Assembly (NCBI GenBank): GCA_965208575.1
Contig: CBDBOV010000004.1
Coordinates: 992,001-1,056,000 of the forward strand
Source: Spirochaetia bacterium
GTDB lineage: Bacteria; Spirochaetota; Spirochaetia; SZUA-6; Bin103
Direction of reading: 5' to 3'
Length of the DNA: 64,000 nt
In this document: piece by piece, positions 9,530 to 19,347 of the stretch
Numbering within the stretch: the stretch's first letter is position 1
Layout of the letters: each line of letters begins with the position of its first letter
Notes under the pieces: model-generated
The model's input: the letters and a program-made list of their open reading frames with translations, nothing else
Databases searched by the model: none
Told to the model about the DNA's origin: nothing
Made by a program: the position numbers and the translations under genes

Positions 9530-10657
9530 ATGCACGCTTCAATCGCCGTCCTCGAAGGCGACGGCATTGGCCCGGAGATCGTCGCCGAGGCCGTGAAGGT
9601 ACTGGATGCGGTTGCCCACCGATTCGGCCATCGGTTCGACTATCGGCGCACCCCGTTCGGCGCCGGCGCCTGGTTCGCCCACGGCGCCGCGTTTCCCGCC
9701 GAGTCGAAGGCGGTGTGCGACGACGCCGACGCCATTCTGAAGGGCCCGGCCGGCGTGGCGCTCGCGGACATGCGCGCCATACCGGTAGATCAGCGTCCCG
9801 AGCTGGCGATCCTGGAGTTGCGCCAACGCTACAACACCTTTGCCAACTTCCGCCCGGTTGTGCTGCCGCGCAGCCTTGCCCGGTTGTCGCCGCTGCGCGC
9901 CGAGGTGGTCGGCGACGGCATCGACATCCTGATGATCCGCGAGCTGGTGGGCGGCATCTACTTTGGCGAGAAGGTCGAGGGCGAACACACCGCAGGAAGC
10001 TACGCCAGCGACGACTGCCACTACACGCGCGTCCAGATCGAGCAGGTCTCGGAAGTCGCATTCGCCGAGGCCGCGGCGCGCGACTGCCACCTCACCGTGG
10101 TGCACAAGTCCAACATCCTGGCTACCTCGCGACTGTGGGAAGAGGTGGTGGAGGAGTTGGCGCCGCGCTTCCCGGCGGTGGACTACTCGTCGATCCTGGT
10201 GGACAACGCGGCCTTCCAACTGGCGGTGAACCCGGCCCAGTTCAACGGCGTGATGCTGCTCGACAACATGCAGGGCGACATTCTCAGCGACCAGGCGGGC
10301 GGCATCGTCGGCTCGCTCGGAATGATGTGCAGCGCCAGTGCGGGCCCCGAGAAGAGCTACTACGAAGCGGTCCATGGATCGGCGCCCGACATCGCCGGGC
10401 GCGGCGTCGCCAATCCGTTCTCGCTGATCGGCAGCGCCGCGCTGCTGCTGGACAAGAGTTTCGGCCTCGGGGCCGAGGCGAGGGCAGTCTGGAGTGCGCT
10501 GTGGGAAGCATTGGAGAGCGGCCGGGTAACGGTGGATCTTGCCTCCGCCGGGAGTCCGGAGGCGCTCTCCACCGCCGAGTTCGGCGACGTGGTGGCGGCC
10601 GGCGTGCTCGCCGGCGGCCGTCCGGACGAGGCAGACGGGGCGGAGCGCGACCGATGA
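9530..10657 (+). CDS. leuB: 3-isopropylmalate dehydrogenase
   Basis: GDGIGPEI, FANFRP, RELVGGIYFG, HKSNIL, NMQGDILSD, EAVHGSAPDIAG. Confidence 0.9.
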   Translation: MHASIAVLEGDGIGPEIVAEAVKVLDAVAHRFGHRFDYRRTPFGAGAWFAHGAAFPAESKAVCDDADAILKGPAGVALADMRAIPVDQRPELAILELRQRYNTFANFRPVVLPRSLARLSPLRAEVVGDGIDILMIRELVGGIYFGEKVEGEHTAGSYASDDCHYTRVQIEQVSEVAFAEAAARDCHLTVVHKSNILATSRLWEEVVEELAPRFPAVDYSSILVDNAAFQLAVNPAQFNGVMLLDNMQGDILSDQAGGIVGSLGMMCSASAGPEKSYYEAVHGSAPDIAGRGVANPFSLIGSAALLLDKSFGLGAEARAVWSALWEALESGRVTVDLASAGSPEALSTAEFGDVVAAGVLAGGRPDEADGAERDR

Positions 10658-11391
10658 CCGACCACGCACCCGCGGTAGAGGCCGGCCGGAGTGATCCGGC
10701 GGTGCGCATGAGCGGGCCGGTCATCGTTCCCGAGCACGGCCTTGCCGGGCCGGGGGCAGACGGCAACCACGCAGACGCAGACGCACCCGCCGCTCCCTCC
10801 CGCCTGCCGCCGCGGTTCCGCGGGCGCGTGTCGCGGGTGCTGATTCCGGCGCAGGCGCTGCAGCGGCGCATCACCGAAATGGCGCGCGAGTTGGCCAGCC
10901 ATCATCCGCCCGACGGCGAACTGGTCATAACCCCGGTGCTCAACGGTGCGTTCATGTTCGCCGCCGACCTCGCCCGCGCCCTCGGCGCCGTCAGCACGCT
11001 CGACGTGCGCTTCGAATTCGCCAAGACCAGCACCTACGGCGAATCGCTCGGCGCCGGCGGCGACCAGCGCCGCGTGCAGATCGACCTGCAACCTGCCGAC
11101 GTGGTGGGCCGCTCCATGCTGCTCGTGGATGACATCCTGGATCACGGCTTTACGCTGTGCGCGTTACGCGACCGGATGGCAGCTTGGGGGGTGCGCAACG
11201 TGCAGGTGTGCGTCCTGCTGGACAAGCAACTCGGCCACCCGTCGCCGGCAACGCTGGCGCAGCGAGCCAAGGCCGCACCGGACCTGATCGGGTTCCGCAT
11301 CCCGGACGTGTGGGTGGCCGGCTACGGCCTCGACGCCGGCGGCGCGCTGCGCCAGCTGCCGAGCATCGTTGCCGTCGATCCCGACTGCTGA
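10654..11391 (+). CDS. hpt: Hypoxanthine/purine phosphoribosyltransferase with a low-complexity N-terminal extension
   Basis: VLNGAFMFAADL, LLVDDILDHGFTL (PRPP motif), WVAGYGLD; ATGA overlap with leuB. Confidence 0.85.
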   Translation: MTDHAPAVEAGRSDPAVRMSGPVIVPEHGLAGPGADGNHADADAPAAPSRLPPRFRGRVSRVLIPAQALQRRITEMARELASHHPPDGELVITPVLNGAFMFAADLARALGAVSTLDVRFEFAKTSTYGESLGAGGDQRRVQIDLQPADVVGRSMLLVDDILDHGFTLCALRDRMAAWGVRNVQVCVLLDKQLGHPSPATLAQRAKAAPDLIGFRIPDVWVAGYGLDAGGALRQLPSIVAVDPDC

Positions 11392-11492
11392 CGCCGCCGA
11401 CGAACGCGCACACGCAGGGGCCGGCGGCCGCGGCGACCGGCTTTCCGTTGCCTAGACGCGCGGCAAGAGACTACCGTAAGGGCAACACCATC

Positions 11493-14400
11493 ATGTCACG
11501 AACTCCCTCGATAACACTCACCCCCGGCGCCGAGTTGCACGGCTTCGTGCTGCAGGGGGCCACCGAGGTGCCGGAGGTTCGCTCCGTCGCCTACCTGCTC
11601 GAACATCCGGGCAGCGGCGCCCGGTTGCTGCACCTGCACAGCGACGATCCCGAGAACCTGTTCTCGGTCACCTTTCCGACCCCCTCCTCCGACGACACGG
11701 GCGTGCCGCATATCCTCGAGCACTGTGTGTTGGCCGGCTCGCGCCGTTTCCCGGTGCGCGAACCGTTCTTCGAGATGATCAAGATGAGCATGGCCACCTT
11801 CATCAACGCGATGACCGGCGAGGACGCCACCTACTACCCGGTGGCCAGCAACGTGCCCAAGGACCTGTTCAACCTGGCCGAAGTGTACTTCGACGCCGTC
11901 TTTCACCCGCTGCTGAGCGAGCAGACCTTCCGCCGCGAGGGCCACCACCTGGCACCGGCGCCGGCCGACGACCGCGGCACCGGCAACGGCAACGGCACCC
12001 GCAACGGCAACGGCACCGGTAGCGGCGGCGCGGGCGGCGGCAACCGGCTGGCGATCAGCGGCATCGTGTACAACGAGATGAAGGGCGCCTTCTCCGATCC
12101 CGACGCCAGCCTGGCGCGGCTGCTCAACCACGGCCTGCTGCCGGACACCATTTACGCGCACGAGAGCGGCGGCACACCGGACGCGATCCCGGACCTCAGC
12201 TACGACGCGTTCCGCCGCTTCCATGCCAACTACTACCACCCGAGCAACGCCTACTTCTTCGCGTACGGCGACGTCGCCACCGCCGACTACTGCGCCTTCC
12301 TGGACCGGCGGCTCGCGGGCTTCGCACGGCGCACGGTGGCATGGCCCGCCGGCGTCTCCGGCGACCGCTTCGACCCGGTCCGCCAAGGCCGCTGGGCTGC
12401 CCCGCGCGCGCTGCGCGAGCGCTACCCGATCGGAGCCAACGAGCCGGACGCGGAGCGCACCTACCTGGTCAACGCCTGGCTCACCGGCGATGCGCTCGAC
12501 CCGGAGGATGCCGCGCTGATGCACGTTCTGTCGCTGATTCTCGCCGGCAACGAGGCGGCGCCGCTGCGCAAGGCGGTGGTGGCATCGCGGCTCGGCGCCG
12601 ACCTGACCTACTCGGGGAGTTCGTCGGTGGGGCGCGAGGCAACCTTCGTGATCGGCATCCGCGGCAGCGAGGGCGATCGCGCCGGCCGGTTCGCCGACCT
12701 GGTCGACACCACCCTGCGCGACATCGCCGCCGGCGGCATCAGCGCGGAGATGGTGGAAACGGCGTTCCGGCAGGCGGCGTTCGAATACCTGGAAGTGCAG
12801 CCGATGTTCCCCCTGCACACCCTGTTCCGGGTGGTGGGAAGCTGGATCTACGGCGCCGACCCGCTGCGCTTCCTGCGCCTCGGCACCCACCTGGCCACCT
12901 GCCGGGAACGCTGGCAGCGCGAACCGGACCTGTTTTCCCGGCTGCTGCGCGAACGGCTGGTCGACAACCCGCACCGCCTGAACGTGGTGATGAGCCCCGA
13001 TCGCGCGCTGCAGGGCGAGCTCGACGAGCGCCTGCTCACCCGTGTACAGCGCATCGAGAGCACCATGACGGAGGATGAGGTCGCGGCCGCCGGGGCGGCC
13101 GCGGCGGAGCTGGAGCAGCTCAACAGCACTCCCAACACCGCGGCGCAACTGGCGAGCCTGCCGCAACTCCAGGTTGCGGACCTGCCGGCCTCACTGCAGC
13201 ACGTCGACACCGAAGTGCGCGACGTGGCCGGCGTTACCCTGCTGCGCAATGACCTGTTTGCCAACGGCGTCAACTATCTGGTGGTCGACTTCGACCTGAC
13301 CGGCCTGCCGGCGGAGCTGTGGCCCTATCTGCCGCGCTACCTCGAGGCGACCGAGAAACTGGGCGTCGCCGGGGCCGATTACGAGGCGATCGCGCGTCGC
13401 AAGGCAGCCGCCACCGGCGGTGTGCGCGCGTCGCTGTCGCTCTCTCACCACGGCGTGCACGCCGAGCGCACGTTGCGCGCGGTACGGTTCAGCCTGAAGG
13501 CGCTCGACGACCAGATCGAAGAGGCCCTGTCGCTGCTCGGCAGCCTGGTGTTCGGCGTCGATCCGCGCGATGATGGGCGACTGCGCGAGGTTCTGATTCA
13601 GGAGCGCATGCACTACCGCACCGGCCTGGTGCGCGGCGGCGCCCGCACCGCCGGCCTGCACGCCGGGCGCGGTCTCGACCTGGCCGGACACCTGGCGGAA
13701 ATCGCTCACGGCCTGCCGCAGCTTGCCCTGTGCGAGGAGCTGGCCGCGGACTTCGACGCGCACCGCGACCGACTGATGGAGCGCATCGAGCGGATCCGCG
13801 ACTTCCTGCTGGTGCGCGACCGGCTCACGGTGAGTCACACCGGCACCGAGCGCGGCGCCGGCCTGGTAGCGGCGGCGCTGGCCGACTGGAGCGGCCGGAT
13901 GCGCGCGCAGCCGGTCACCGACGCCGACCTCGGCTTCACGCCGTTTGCAACGCCGCCGCGCGAGGGGCTGGCGGCGCAGATGGACGTGGCCTACTGCGCG
14001 CAGGTGTTCGGCGCGCCGCACATCTCGCAGGCGGACGCGGTTCCGCTGCAGGTGGGGGCGCACATCGTGAACCTCGACTGGATCCTTCCCGAAATCCGCT
14101 TCAAGGGCAACGCGTACGGCGCCTGGTTCCGGTACGACGCGGTCGGCGGGTCCGCCGCGTTCGGCTCCTACCGCGACCCGCACATCGTGCGCACGCTCGA
14201 CGTATTCGCACGCTCGCGCGAGTACGTCGATGCGGCGGCGTGGAGCGAGGAGGAGATCGGGCGCGCGATCATCGCCGTCGCCAAGCGCGGCTTCACCCCG
14301 CTGCGGCCGCGGCCCGCTACCGGGCTCGCCCTGCAGCGCCACCTGGCGGGCATCACGCCGGAGATGCGTGAGGCGCGCCACGAAGAGCTCAAGAGCGTCT

Positions 14401-14561
14401 CTCCGGGAGCGGTCAAGGCCGCCCTGCAGCGGTTGCTGGCCGGCGGCCTGGCGCACGCACCGGTGTGCGTCGTATCGAGCCGCGCGATGCTGGAGCAGGC
14501 CAATCGCGAACTGACCGGCAATCCCCTGGAAGTGAGCGAAATCCTGCACGGCCCTTCATAG
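11493..14561 (+). CDS. M16C insulinase-family peptidase (presequence protease PreP-like)
   Basis: GVPHILEHCVLAGS (HxxEH), FINAMT, YFDAVFHP, GIVYNEMKG, YYHPSN, SYRDP. Confidence 0.93.
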   Translation: MSRTPSITLTPGAELHGFVLQGATEVPEVRSVAYLLEHPGSGARLLHLHSDDPENLFSVTFPTPSSDDTGVPHILEHCVLAGSRRFPVREPFFEMIKMSMATFINAMTGEDATYYPVASNVPKDLFNLAEVYFDAVFHPLLSEQTFRREGHHLAPAPADDRGTGNGNGTRNGNGTGSGGAGGGNRLAISGIVYNEMKGAFSDPDASLARLLNHGLLPDTIYAHESGGTPDAIPDLSYDAFRRFHANYYHPSNAYFFAYGDVATADYCAFLDRRLAGFARRTVAWPAGVSGDRFDPVRQGRWAAPRALRERYPIGANEPDAERTYLVNAWLTGDALDPEDAALMHVLSLILAGNEAAPLRKAVVASRLGADLTYSGSSSVGREATFVIGIRGSEGDRAGRFADLVDTTLRDIAAGGISAEMVETAFRQAAFEYLEVQPMFPLHTLFRVVGSWIYGADPLRFLRLGTHLATCRERWQREPDLFSRLLRERLVDNPHRLNVVMSPDRALQGELDERLLTRVQRIESTMTEDEVAAAGAAAAELEQLNSTPNTAAQLASLPQLQVADLPASLQHVDTEVRDVAGVTLLRNDLFANGVNYLVVDFDLTGLPAELWPYLPRYLEATEKLGVAGADYEAIARRKAAATGGVRASLSLSHHGVHAERTLRAVRFSLKALDDQIEEALSLLGSLVFGVDPRDDGRLREVLIQERMHYRTGLVRGGARTAGLHAGRGLDLAGHLAEIAHGLPQLALCEELAADFDAHRDRLMERIERIRDFLLVRDRLTVSHTGTERGAGLVAAALADWSGRMRAQPVTDADLGFTPFATPPREGLAAQMDVAYCAQVFGAPHISQADAVPLQVGAHIVNLDWILPEIRFKGNAYGAWFRYDAVGGSAAFGSYRDPHIVRTLDVFARSREYVDAAAWSEEEIGRAIIAVAKRGFTPLRPRPATGLALQRHLAGITPEMREARHEELKSVSPGAVKAALQRLLAGGLAHAPVCVVSSRAMLEQANRELTGNPLEVSEILHGPS

Positions 14562-14663
14562 GAGTCTGGCGGATTGCGACAGACTCCTATGCGCCAGGTG
14601 GGGATGGGCCGAAAGCGACGCCGTAAGGCGACGTTTTCGGGGCGCTAGCCGGCCGCGGCGGCC

Positions 14664-15929
14664 ATGCGTGCACGGACCGGCGGCGGCGCTCACGGGGCCG
14701 GCACCTCGCGTCGGCAGTTCCTGACCGCCGCCGGCAAGGGCGCGGTGCTGGCGCTGACCATGTTCGGCGCCGGGCCGCGGGTTGCCGCGCGCGGTCTGTT
14801 CGGGCGCGGCCTGCTGCCGAGCGCCTGGCACAGCATCGCGGATTCGCCGCTGCCGAAGCCGGGCATGATCGTACACGGCGAGTTGCCGTTCAACGGCGAG
14901 TTCCCGCCTCACCTGCTCGACGACCCGGTCACGCCGACCGCGCGCCACTTCGTGCGCAACAACGGCGGCGTGCCGGCGCGCGCGCGCAGCAAGGATCTGA
15001 GCGGCTGGGCACTGCGCGTCGACGGCGAAGTACGCCACTCCCTGGCGCTTACGCTGGACGAGCTGCTGTGCCTGCCGCAGGTCACGATGCAGGCGGTGCT
15101 GGAGTGTGCCGGCAACGGCAGGAGCCTGTTCACGCCGCCGGTGGGCGGTACGCCGTGGATCCGGGGCGCCGTAGCGTGCAGCGAGTGGACCGGGGTGCGG
15201 CTGCGCGACGTGCTGGAGTTGGCCGGGGTGCGCGACAGCGCCGTCTACGTCGCGGCATTCGGCGAGGATGCGCCGCTCGACGGCGGTGAGCCGTTCTCGC
15301 GCGGCATCCCGATCGGCAAGGCGATGGATGAGCACACGCTGATCGCGCTGGCGATGAACGGCGTACCGCTGCCGGCCGCGCACGGCTTTCCGGCACGGCT
15401 GCTGGTGCCGGGCTGGATTGGGAGCGCGATGCAGAAGTGGCTGCGCCGCCTGTGGGTGCGCGACCGCGTGCACGACTCCGCCAAGATGAGCGGCTACTCC
15501 TACCGAGTGCCGGCCCATCCGGTCGCGCCGGGCGCCACGCCGGCCGCCGAGGAGATGCGGATCGCCACCGCGTGGGTGGTCAAGTCGCTCATCACCCGGC
15601 CGCGCAGCGGACACGAGGCGGCGCAGGGCGAGACGCTGCAGGTGGGCGGCCATGCCTGGGCCGGCGATAACGAGGTGGTGCGCGTTGCGGTGTCCACCGA
15701 CTTCGGCATCACCTGGCAGGAGGCGCGCCTGGCCGCTCCCGCCAACCGCTACGCCTGGTACCACTGGCAGACCGAGGTGGCGTTCCGCAACCGCGGCTAC
15801 TACGAGATCTGGGCGCGCGCGTTCGACCACACCGGCAATGCGCAGCCGTTCCGCCAGCCCTGGAATCCGAAGGGCTACCTCGGCAACGTCGTTCACCGGG
15901 TGCCCGTGATGGTCGCTGCAGCGGCCTGA
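14664..15929 (+). CDS. Tat-exported sulfite oxidase-family molybdoenzyme (SoxC/SorA-like)
   Basis: SRRQFL Tat signal, HFVRNNG, LECAGNGR (Mo-ligating Cys), HGFPARL, WNPKGYLGN. Confidence 0.9.
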   Translation: MRARTGGGAHGAGTSRRQFLTAAGKGAVLALTMFGAGPRVAARGLFGRGLLPSAWHSIADSPLPKPGMIVHGELPFNGEFPPHLLDDPVTPTARHFVRNNGGVPARARSKDLSGWALRVDGEVRHSLALTLDELLCLPQVTMQAVLECAGNGRSLFTPPVGGTPWIRGAVACSEWTGVRLRDVLELAGVRDSAVYVAAFGEDAPLDGGEPFSRGIPIGKAMDEHTLIALAMNGVPLPAAHGFPARLLVPGWIGSAMQKWLRRLWVRDRVHDSAKMSGYSYRVPAHPVAPGATPAAEEMRIATAWVVKSLITRPRSGHEAAQGETLQVGGHAWAGDNEVVRVAVSTDFGITWQEARLAAPANRYAWYHWQTEVAFRNRGYYEIWARAFDHTGNAQPFRQPWNPKGYLGNVVHRVPVMVAAAA

Positions 15930-15990
15930 CGGCGCGCGACCGCCCGCCTGCCGCCTTGCGAGAGCGGCGGCGCGCGGGCGATAGTGACCC

Positions 15991-16782
15991 ATGGCGGACA
16001 CCAACCCCTTCTCCCTTGCCGGCCGCCGCGCCCTGGTCAGCGGCGGCAGCCGCGGCATCGGTCTCGGCGTAGCCGCGGCGCTGGCCGACGCCGGGGCCGC
16101 GGTCGCGCTGGTAAGCCGCGACCCGCAAGCGCTGGCGGCGGCGCGCGACCGCATCGTCGCGCGCGGCGGCGAGGCCGCCACCTACCCGTGCGATCTGACC
16201 GACACCGGCGGCATCGACGACCTGTACCGGCGGGTACGCGCCGACGGTCCGGTCGACATCCTGGTGAACAACGCCGGCGGTACGCGGCGCGCTCGGGCGG
16301 CCGATCTCGCCGCGGCGGACTGGCAGTTCGTGCTCGACCTCAACCTGACCGCCGTGTTCCGCCTGACGCAGGCGTTCGGCCGGGACCGGATCGCGCACGT
16401 GGGAGGTGCGGCGGCGCCGGCCGGCTCGGCCAAGGTGATCAACATCGCATCGCTGCTCAGCGAGCAGGCGCGCCCGCAGAACGCCCCCTACGCGGCCACC
16501 AAGGGCGCCATCCGCCAGCTCACCAAGGCGCTGGCGGTCGAGTGGGCGCCCTACGGTATCAACGTCAACGCCATCGGTCCGGGGTACATAAAGACCGACA
16601 TGACGCGCCCGCTGTGGGAGGACGACTCGTTCGACGCCTGGGTGCGCGACCGGGCGCCGCTCGGCACCTGGGGCACGCCGGCCGACATCGGCGCCGCGGC
16701 GGTGTTCCTGGCCTCCGCCGGCGCAAACTACATCACCGGCCAGGTGCTGTACGTGGACGGCGGATGGCTGAGTTCCCTGTAG
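15991..16782 (+). CDS. SDR oxidoreductase (gluconate 5-dehydrogenase-like)
   Basis: SGGSRGIG, DILVNNAG, YAATKG, VNAIGPG, YVDGG. Confidence 0.9.
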   Translation: MADTNPFSLAGRRALVSGGSRGIGLGVAAALADAGAAVALVSRDPQALAAARDRIVARGGEAATYPCDLTDTGGIDDLYRRVRADGPVDILVNNAGGTRRARAADLAAADWQFVLDLNLTAVFRLTQAFGRDRIAHVGGAAAPAGSAKVINIASLLSEQARPQNAPYAATKGAIRQLTKALAVEWAPYGINVNAIGPGYIKTDMTRPLWEDDSFDAWVRDRAPLGTWGTPADIGAAAVFLASAGANYITGQVLYVDGGWLSSL

Positions 16783-16904
16783 CAGCGGCGCGGCGCTCGG
16801 CGCAATAGTTGCCGGATTGGGCTGCGTTTGCGCTACATTGCGCATAGCAGTATTCCGCCGGACACCACGGCGGAGACGAAGACAGAGCGTGGAGGAAAGC
16901 GCAC

Positions 16905-18179
16905 ATGAATACCGGAATCGGCGACATGGCCGTCTACATCCCCAAGCTGATCATGCGCTTGAGCCGCCTGTTGGAACGCTACGCGTTGTCCAATCCCACC
17001 ATTCAGCGCATCCTGGATCGAGCCATCCACAAGACCGGGCAGATCTCGGTACGCTTTCCGCACTTCTGGGAGGATGCGGTCACCATGGCGGCGCAGGCCG
17101 CGATGCAGGTGCTGTCGCGCATGAACGACGGCGCCATCGCCAGCTTGCGCTACATCGCGGTGGGCACCGAGTCGGCCACCGACCTCGCGAAGCCGATCGC
17201 GGCCCACGTCGGCGGCATGCTGCGCGCCGCCGGCTTTCCCATCTCCACCTCGATCGCCACGTTTCAGACCCAGCACGCCTGCGCCGGCGGCACCTACTCG
17301 CTGCTCGGGGTGGGCGCGCTGCTGTCGCTGAGTCCGGTGAGGAGCGAGCGCGGGCTGGTGATCTGCACCGACGTGGCGCGCTACGCCCCCGGCACCAGCG
17401 CCGAGATTACCGCCGGCGCCGGCGCCGTCGCCATGGTCGCCGAACGCGGCTGCGGCCTGGTGGAGCTGGACGTGGCCAGCACCGGCTACGCCTCCCGCGA
17501 CGTGGACGACTTCTTCCGTCCGGTCGGCGCCATCACACCGCGGGTGCGCGGTTCGTACTCGATCAACTGCTACAAGGAGACGATCGAGGACGCGTTCCTG
17601 GACCACTGCCGGCGCGTCGGCATGTCCCCCGCCGAGGTGCTGCGCGAGACCGACCTGTTTGCCTTTCACGCGCCCTACCATCACCTGCCGCTGGAGTTGA
17701 TGGGCTCCCTGGTCGCCCGCTACCTCGGACTCTCCGGGCCCCGGATCAACCGCTATCTCGCCGAACGCGACTTCGACGCTTCGATCAGGCCGGCCGCCAT
17801 CGTCGGCAACCTGTACTCGGGTTCGGTGTTTCTGAGCCTCGCCTCGCTGCTCAACCGGCGCTGCCAGCGGCGCGGCGACCGCATGGTCGGCGAGCGCCTG
17901 CTGATGCTGTCGTACGGATCGGGCAACACCGCCGTGGCGCTGAGTGGCCGGGTGGCGGAGCGTGCCCCGGAGGTGATCCGCCGATGGGACATGGATTCGG
18001 CGCTGAATCACGCGCAGGAGGCGCCGTCGGACGACTACGACCGCTGGGTCGCCGGCGACGGCGAGCAGGCCGGCTTCCGCACGCCGAGTCACGCCGCGGC
18101 GAGCGGGATTCCGCGCGACTCCTTCTACCTGGAACGTATTCGCGACGACGGTTACCGCGTGTACGCGCTGCATCGGTAG
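16905..18179 (+). CDS. mvaS: Hydroxymethylglutaryl-CoA synthase (spirochete type)
   Basis: GTESATD, QHACAGG (catalytic Cys), AEITAGAGA, DVDDFFRP, FHAPY, GNLYSGS, SYGSG, DGYRVY; GGAGG RBS. Confidence 0.88.
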   Translation: MNTGIGDMAVYIPKLIMRLSRLLERYALSNPTIQRILDRAIHKTGQISVRFPHFWEDAVTMAAQAAMQVLSRMNDGAIASLRYIAVGTESATDLAKPIAAHVGGMLRAAGFPISTSIATFQTQHACAGGTYSLLGVGALLSLSPVRSERGLVICTDVARYAPGTSAEITAGAGAVAMVAERGCGLVELDVASTGYASRDVDDFFRPVGAITPRVRGSYSINCYKETIEDAFLDHCRRVGMSPAEVLRETDLFAFHAPYHHLPLELMGSLVARYLGLSGPRINRYLAERDFDASIRPAAIVGNLYSGSVFLSLASLLNRRCQRRGDRMVGERLLMLSYGSGNTAVALSGRVAERAPEVIRRWDMDSALNHAQEAPSDDYDRWVAGDGEQAGFRTPSHAAASGIPRDSFYLERIRDDGYRVYALHR

Positions 18180-18181
18180 CG

Positions 18182-19300
18182 GTGCGGGACGCCACGCTCG
18201 TTACCGATCCGCCCCGCACCGGCCCGAGCACCGGCTCGAGCCGCGCGGCGCCGGGCCCGCCGTCCTCGTTCGGAGCACAGGATCGGCAGGCGGTGGAGCG
18301 GTTCGTCAGCGAGTTCCTGGCCGGCAAGCATGCCGACGGGGCCGGCGAGGTGGCCGACCGCTTCGCCGAGTACGTGTGCCGCGGCAAGATGATGCGCGCG
18401 GCGCTGGTAGTGCTGGCATTCCGGATGGGCCGGACCGGGCCGTTGTCCACCGATGTCCTGCGCTGCGCGTCGGCGCTGGAACTGCTGCACTCCGCCATGC
18501 TGATCCACGACGACATCATCGACCGCAGCGACACCAGGCGCGGCATGCCGGCATGGCACGTGCGCTACGCGCGGCGCGCCGGATTGTGGGACGCCGCGGA
18601 GGCGGCTCACGTCGGGCGCAGCATGGCGCTGTGCGCCGGCGACGTGGGCTTTTTCTTCGCATTCGAGTTGTTGGCGCAGATCGACGCCGACCCGCACACC
18701 AAGCGCGAGTTGCTGACCGCCGTGACCCGGACCGCCGGCACCGTGGGCGTCGGCGAAATGAACGAGATGCATCTCGCCGTCGACCATCGCGGCAACGACG
18801 ACGCCATTCTCGAAGTGTACGCCCAGAAGACCGCCGGCTACTCCTGCGCGCTGCCGCTGACCGCCGGCGGGCTCCTGGGTGGACTGGCCGCCGAGACGCT
18901 GGCGGAACTGGCGGCGATCGGGCGAGCGCTCGGGGAAATCTTTCAGATCATCGACGACGAACTGGACCTGTTCGGCGACGAGCTCGAGATGGGCAAGCCG
19001 GTCGGCGCCGACGTCCGGGAGGGCCGCCACACCCTGTTCTATGCCCTGCTGAGCCGCCACCTCCCGGCGCAGGAGTGGGCCCGGATCAGCGTTCTGTTCG
19101 GCGACCGCAACCTGCGCCACGACGACCTGCTGCCGGTGCGCGAAGCGATCGACGCGGCCGGCATCCGCGACATGGTGGGCGCCCGCCTGCTGCGCACCGC
19201 GGACGCCGCCCGGCGCCGCGTGCAGACGCTGGCGGTGGCGCCGCCGCACCGCGCGTCCCTGCTCGGGATGTTCGACGCCGTGCTGGCGCGGCGCCCCTGA
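18182..19300 (+). CDS. crtE: Geranylgeranyl diphosphate synthase (polyprenyl synthetase)
   Basis: GKMMR, LIHDDIIDRSDTRRG (FARM), KTAGYS, FQIIDDELD (SARM); start uncertain. Confidence 0.85.
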   Translation: MRDATLVTDPPRTGPSTGSSRAAPGPPSSFGAQDRQAVERFVSEFLAGKHADGAGEVADRFAEYVCRGKMMRAALVVLAFRMGRTGPLSTDVLRCASALELLHSAMLIHDDIIDRSDTRRGMPAWHVRYARRAGLWDAAEAAHVGRSMALCAGDVGFFFAFELLAQIDADPHTKRELLTAVTRTAGTVGVGEMNEMHLAVDHRGNDDAILEVYAQKTAGYSCALPLTAGGLLGGLAAETLAELAAIGRALGEIFQIIDDELDLFGDELEMGKPVGADVREGRHTLFYALLSRHLPAQEWARISVLFGDRNLRHDDLLPVREAIDAAGIRDMVGARLLRTADAARRRVQTLAVAPPHRASLLGMFDAVLARRP

Positions 19301-19347
19301 CGGACGTGGCGACACGCGGGTACGAAGCCCGCGCGCCGAGCGACCGG

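Noticed and set aside
16817-19300. 827-aa ORF suggesting a large CrtE fusion
   Set aside because: The first ~455 codons overlap mvaS in another frame and are low-complexity; the prenyltransferase starts near 18182.
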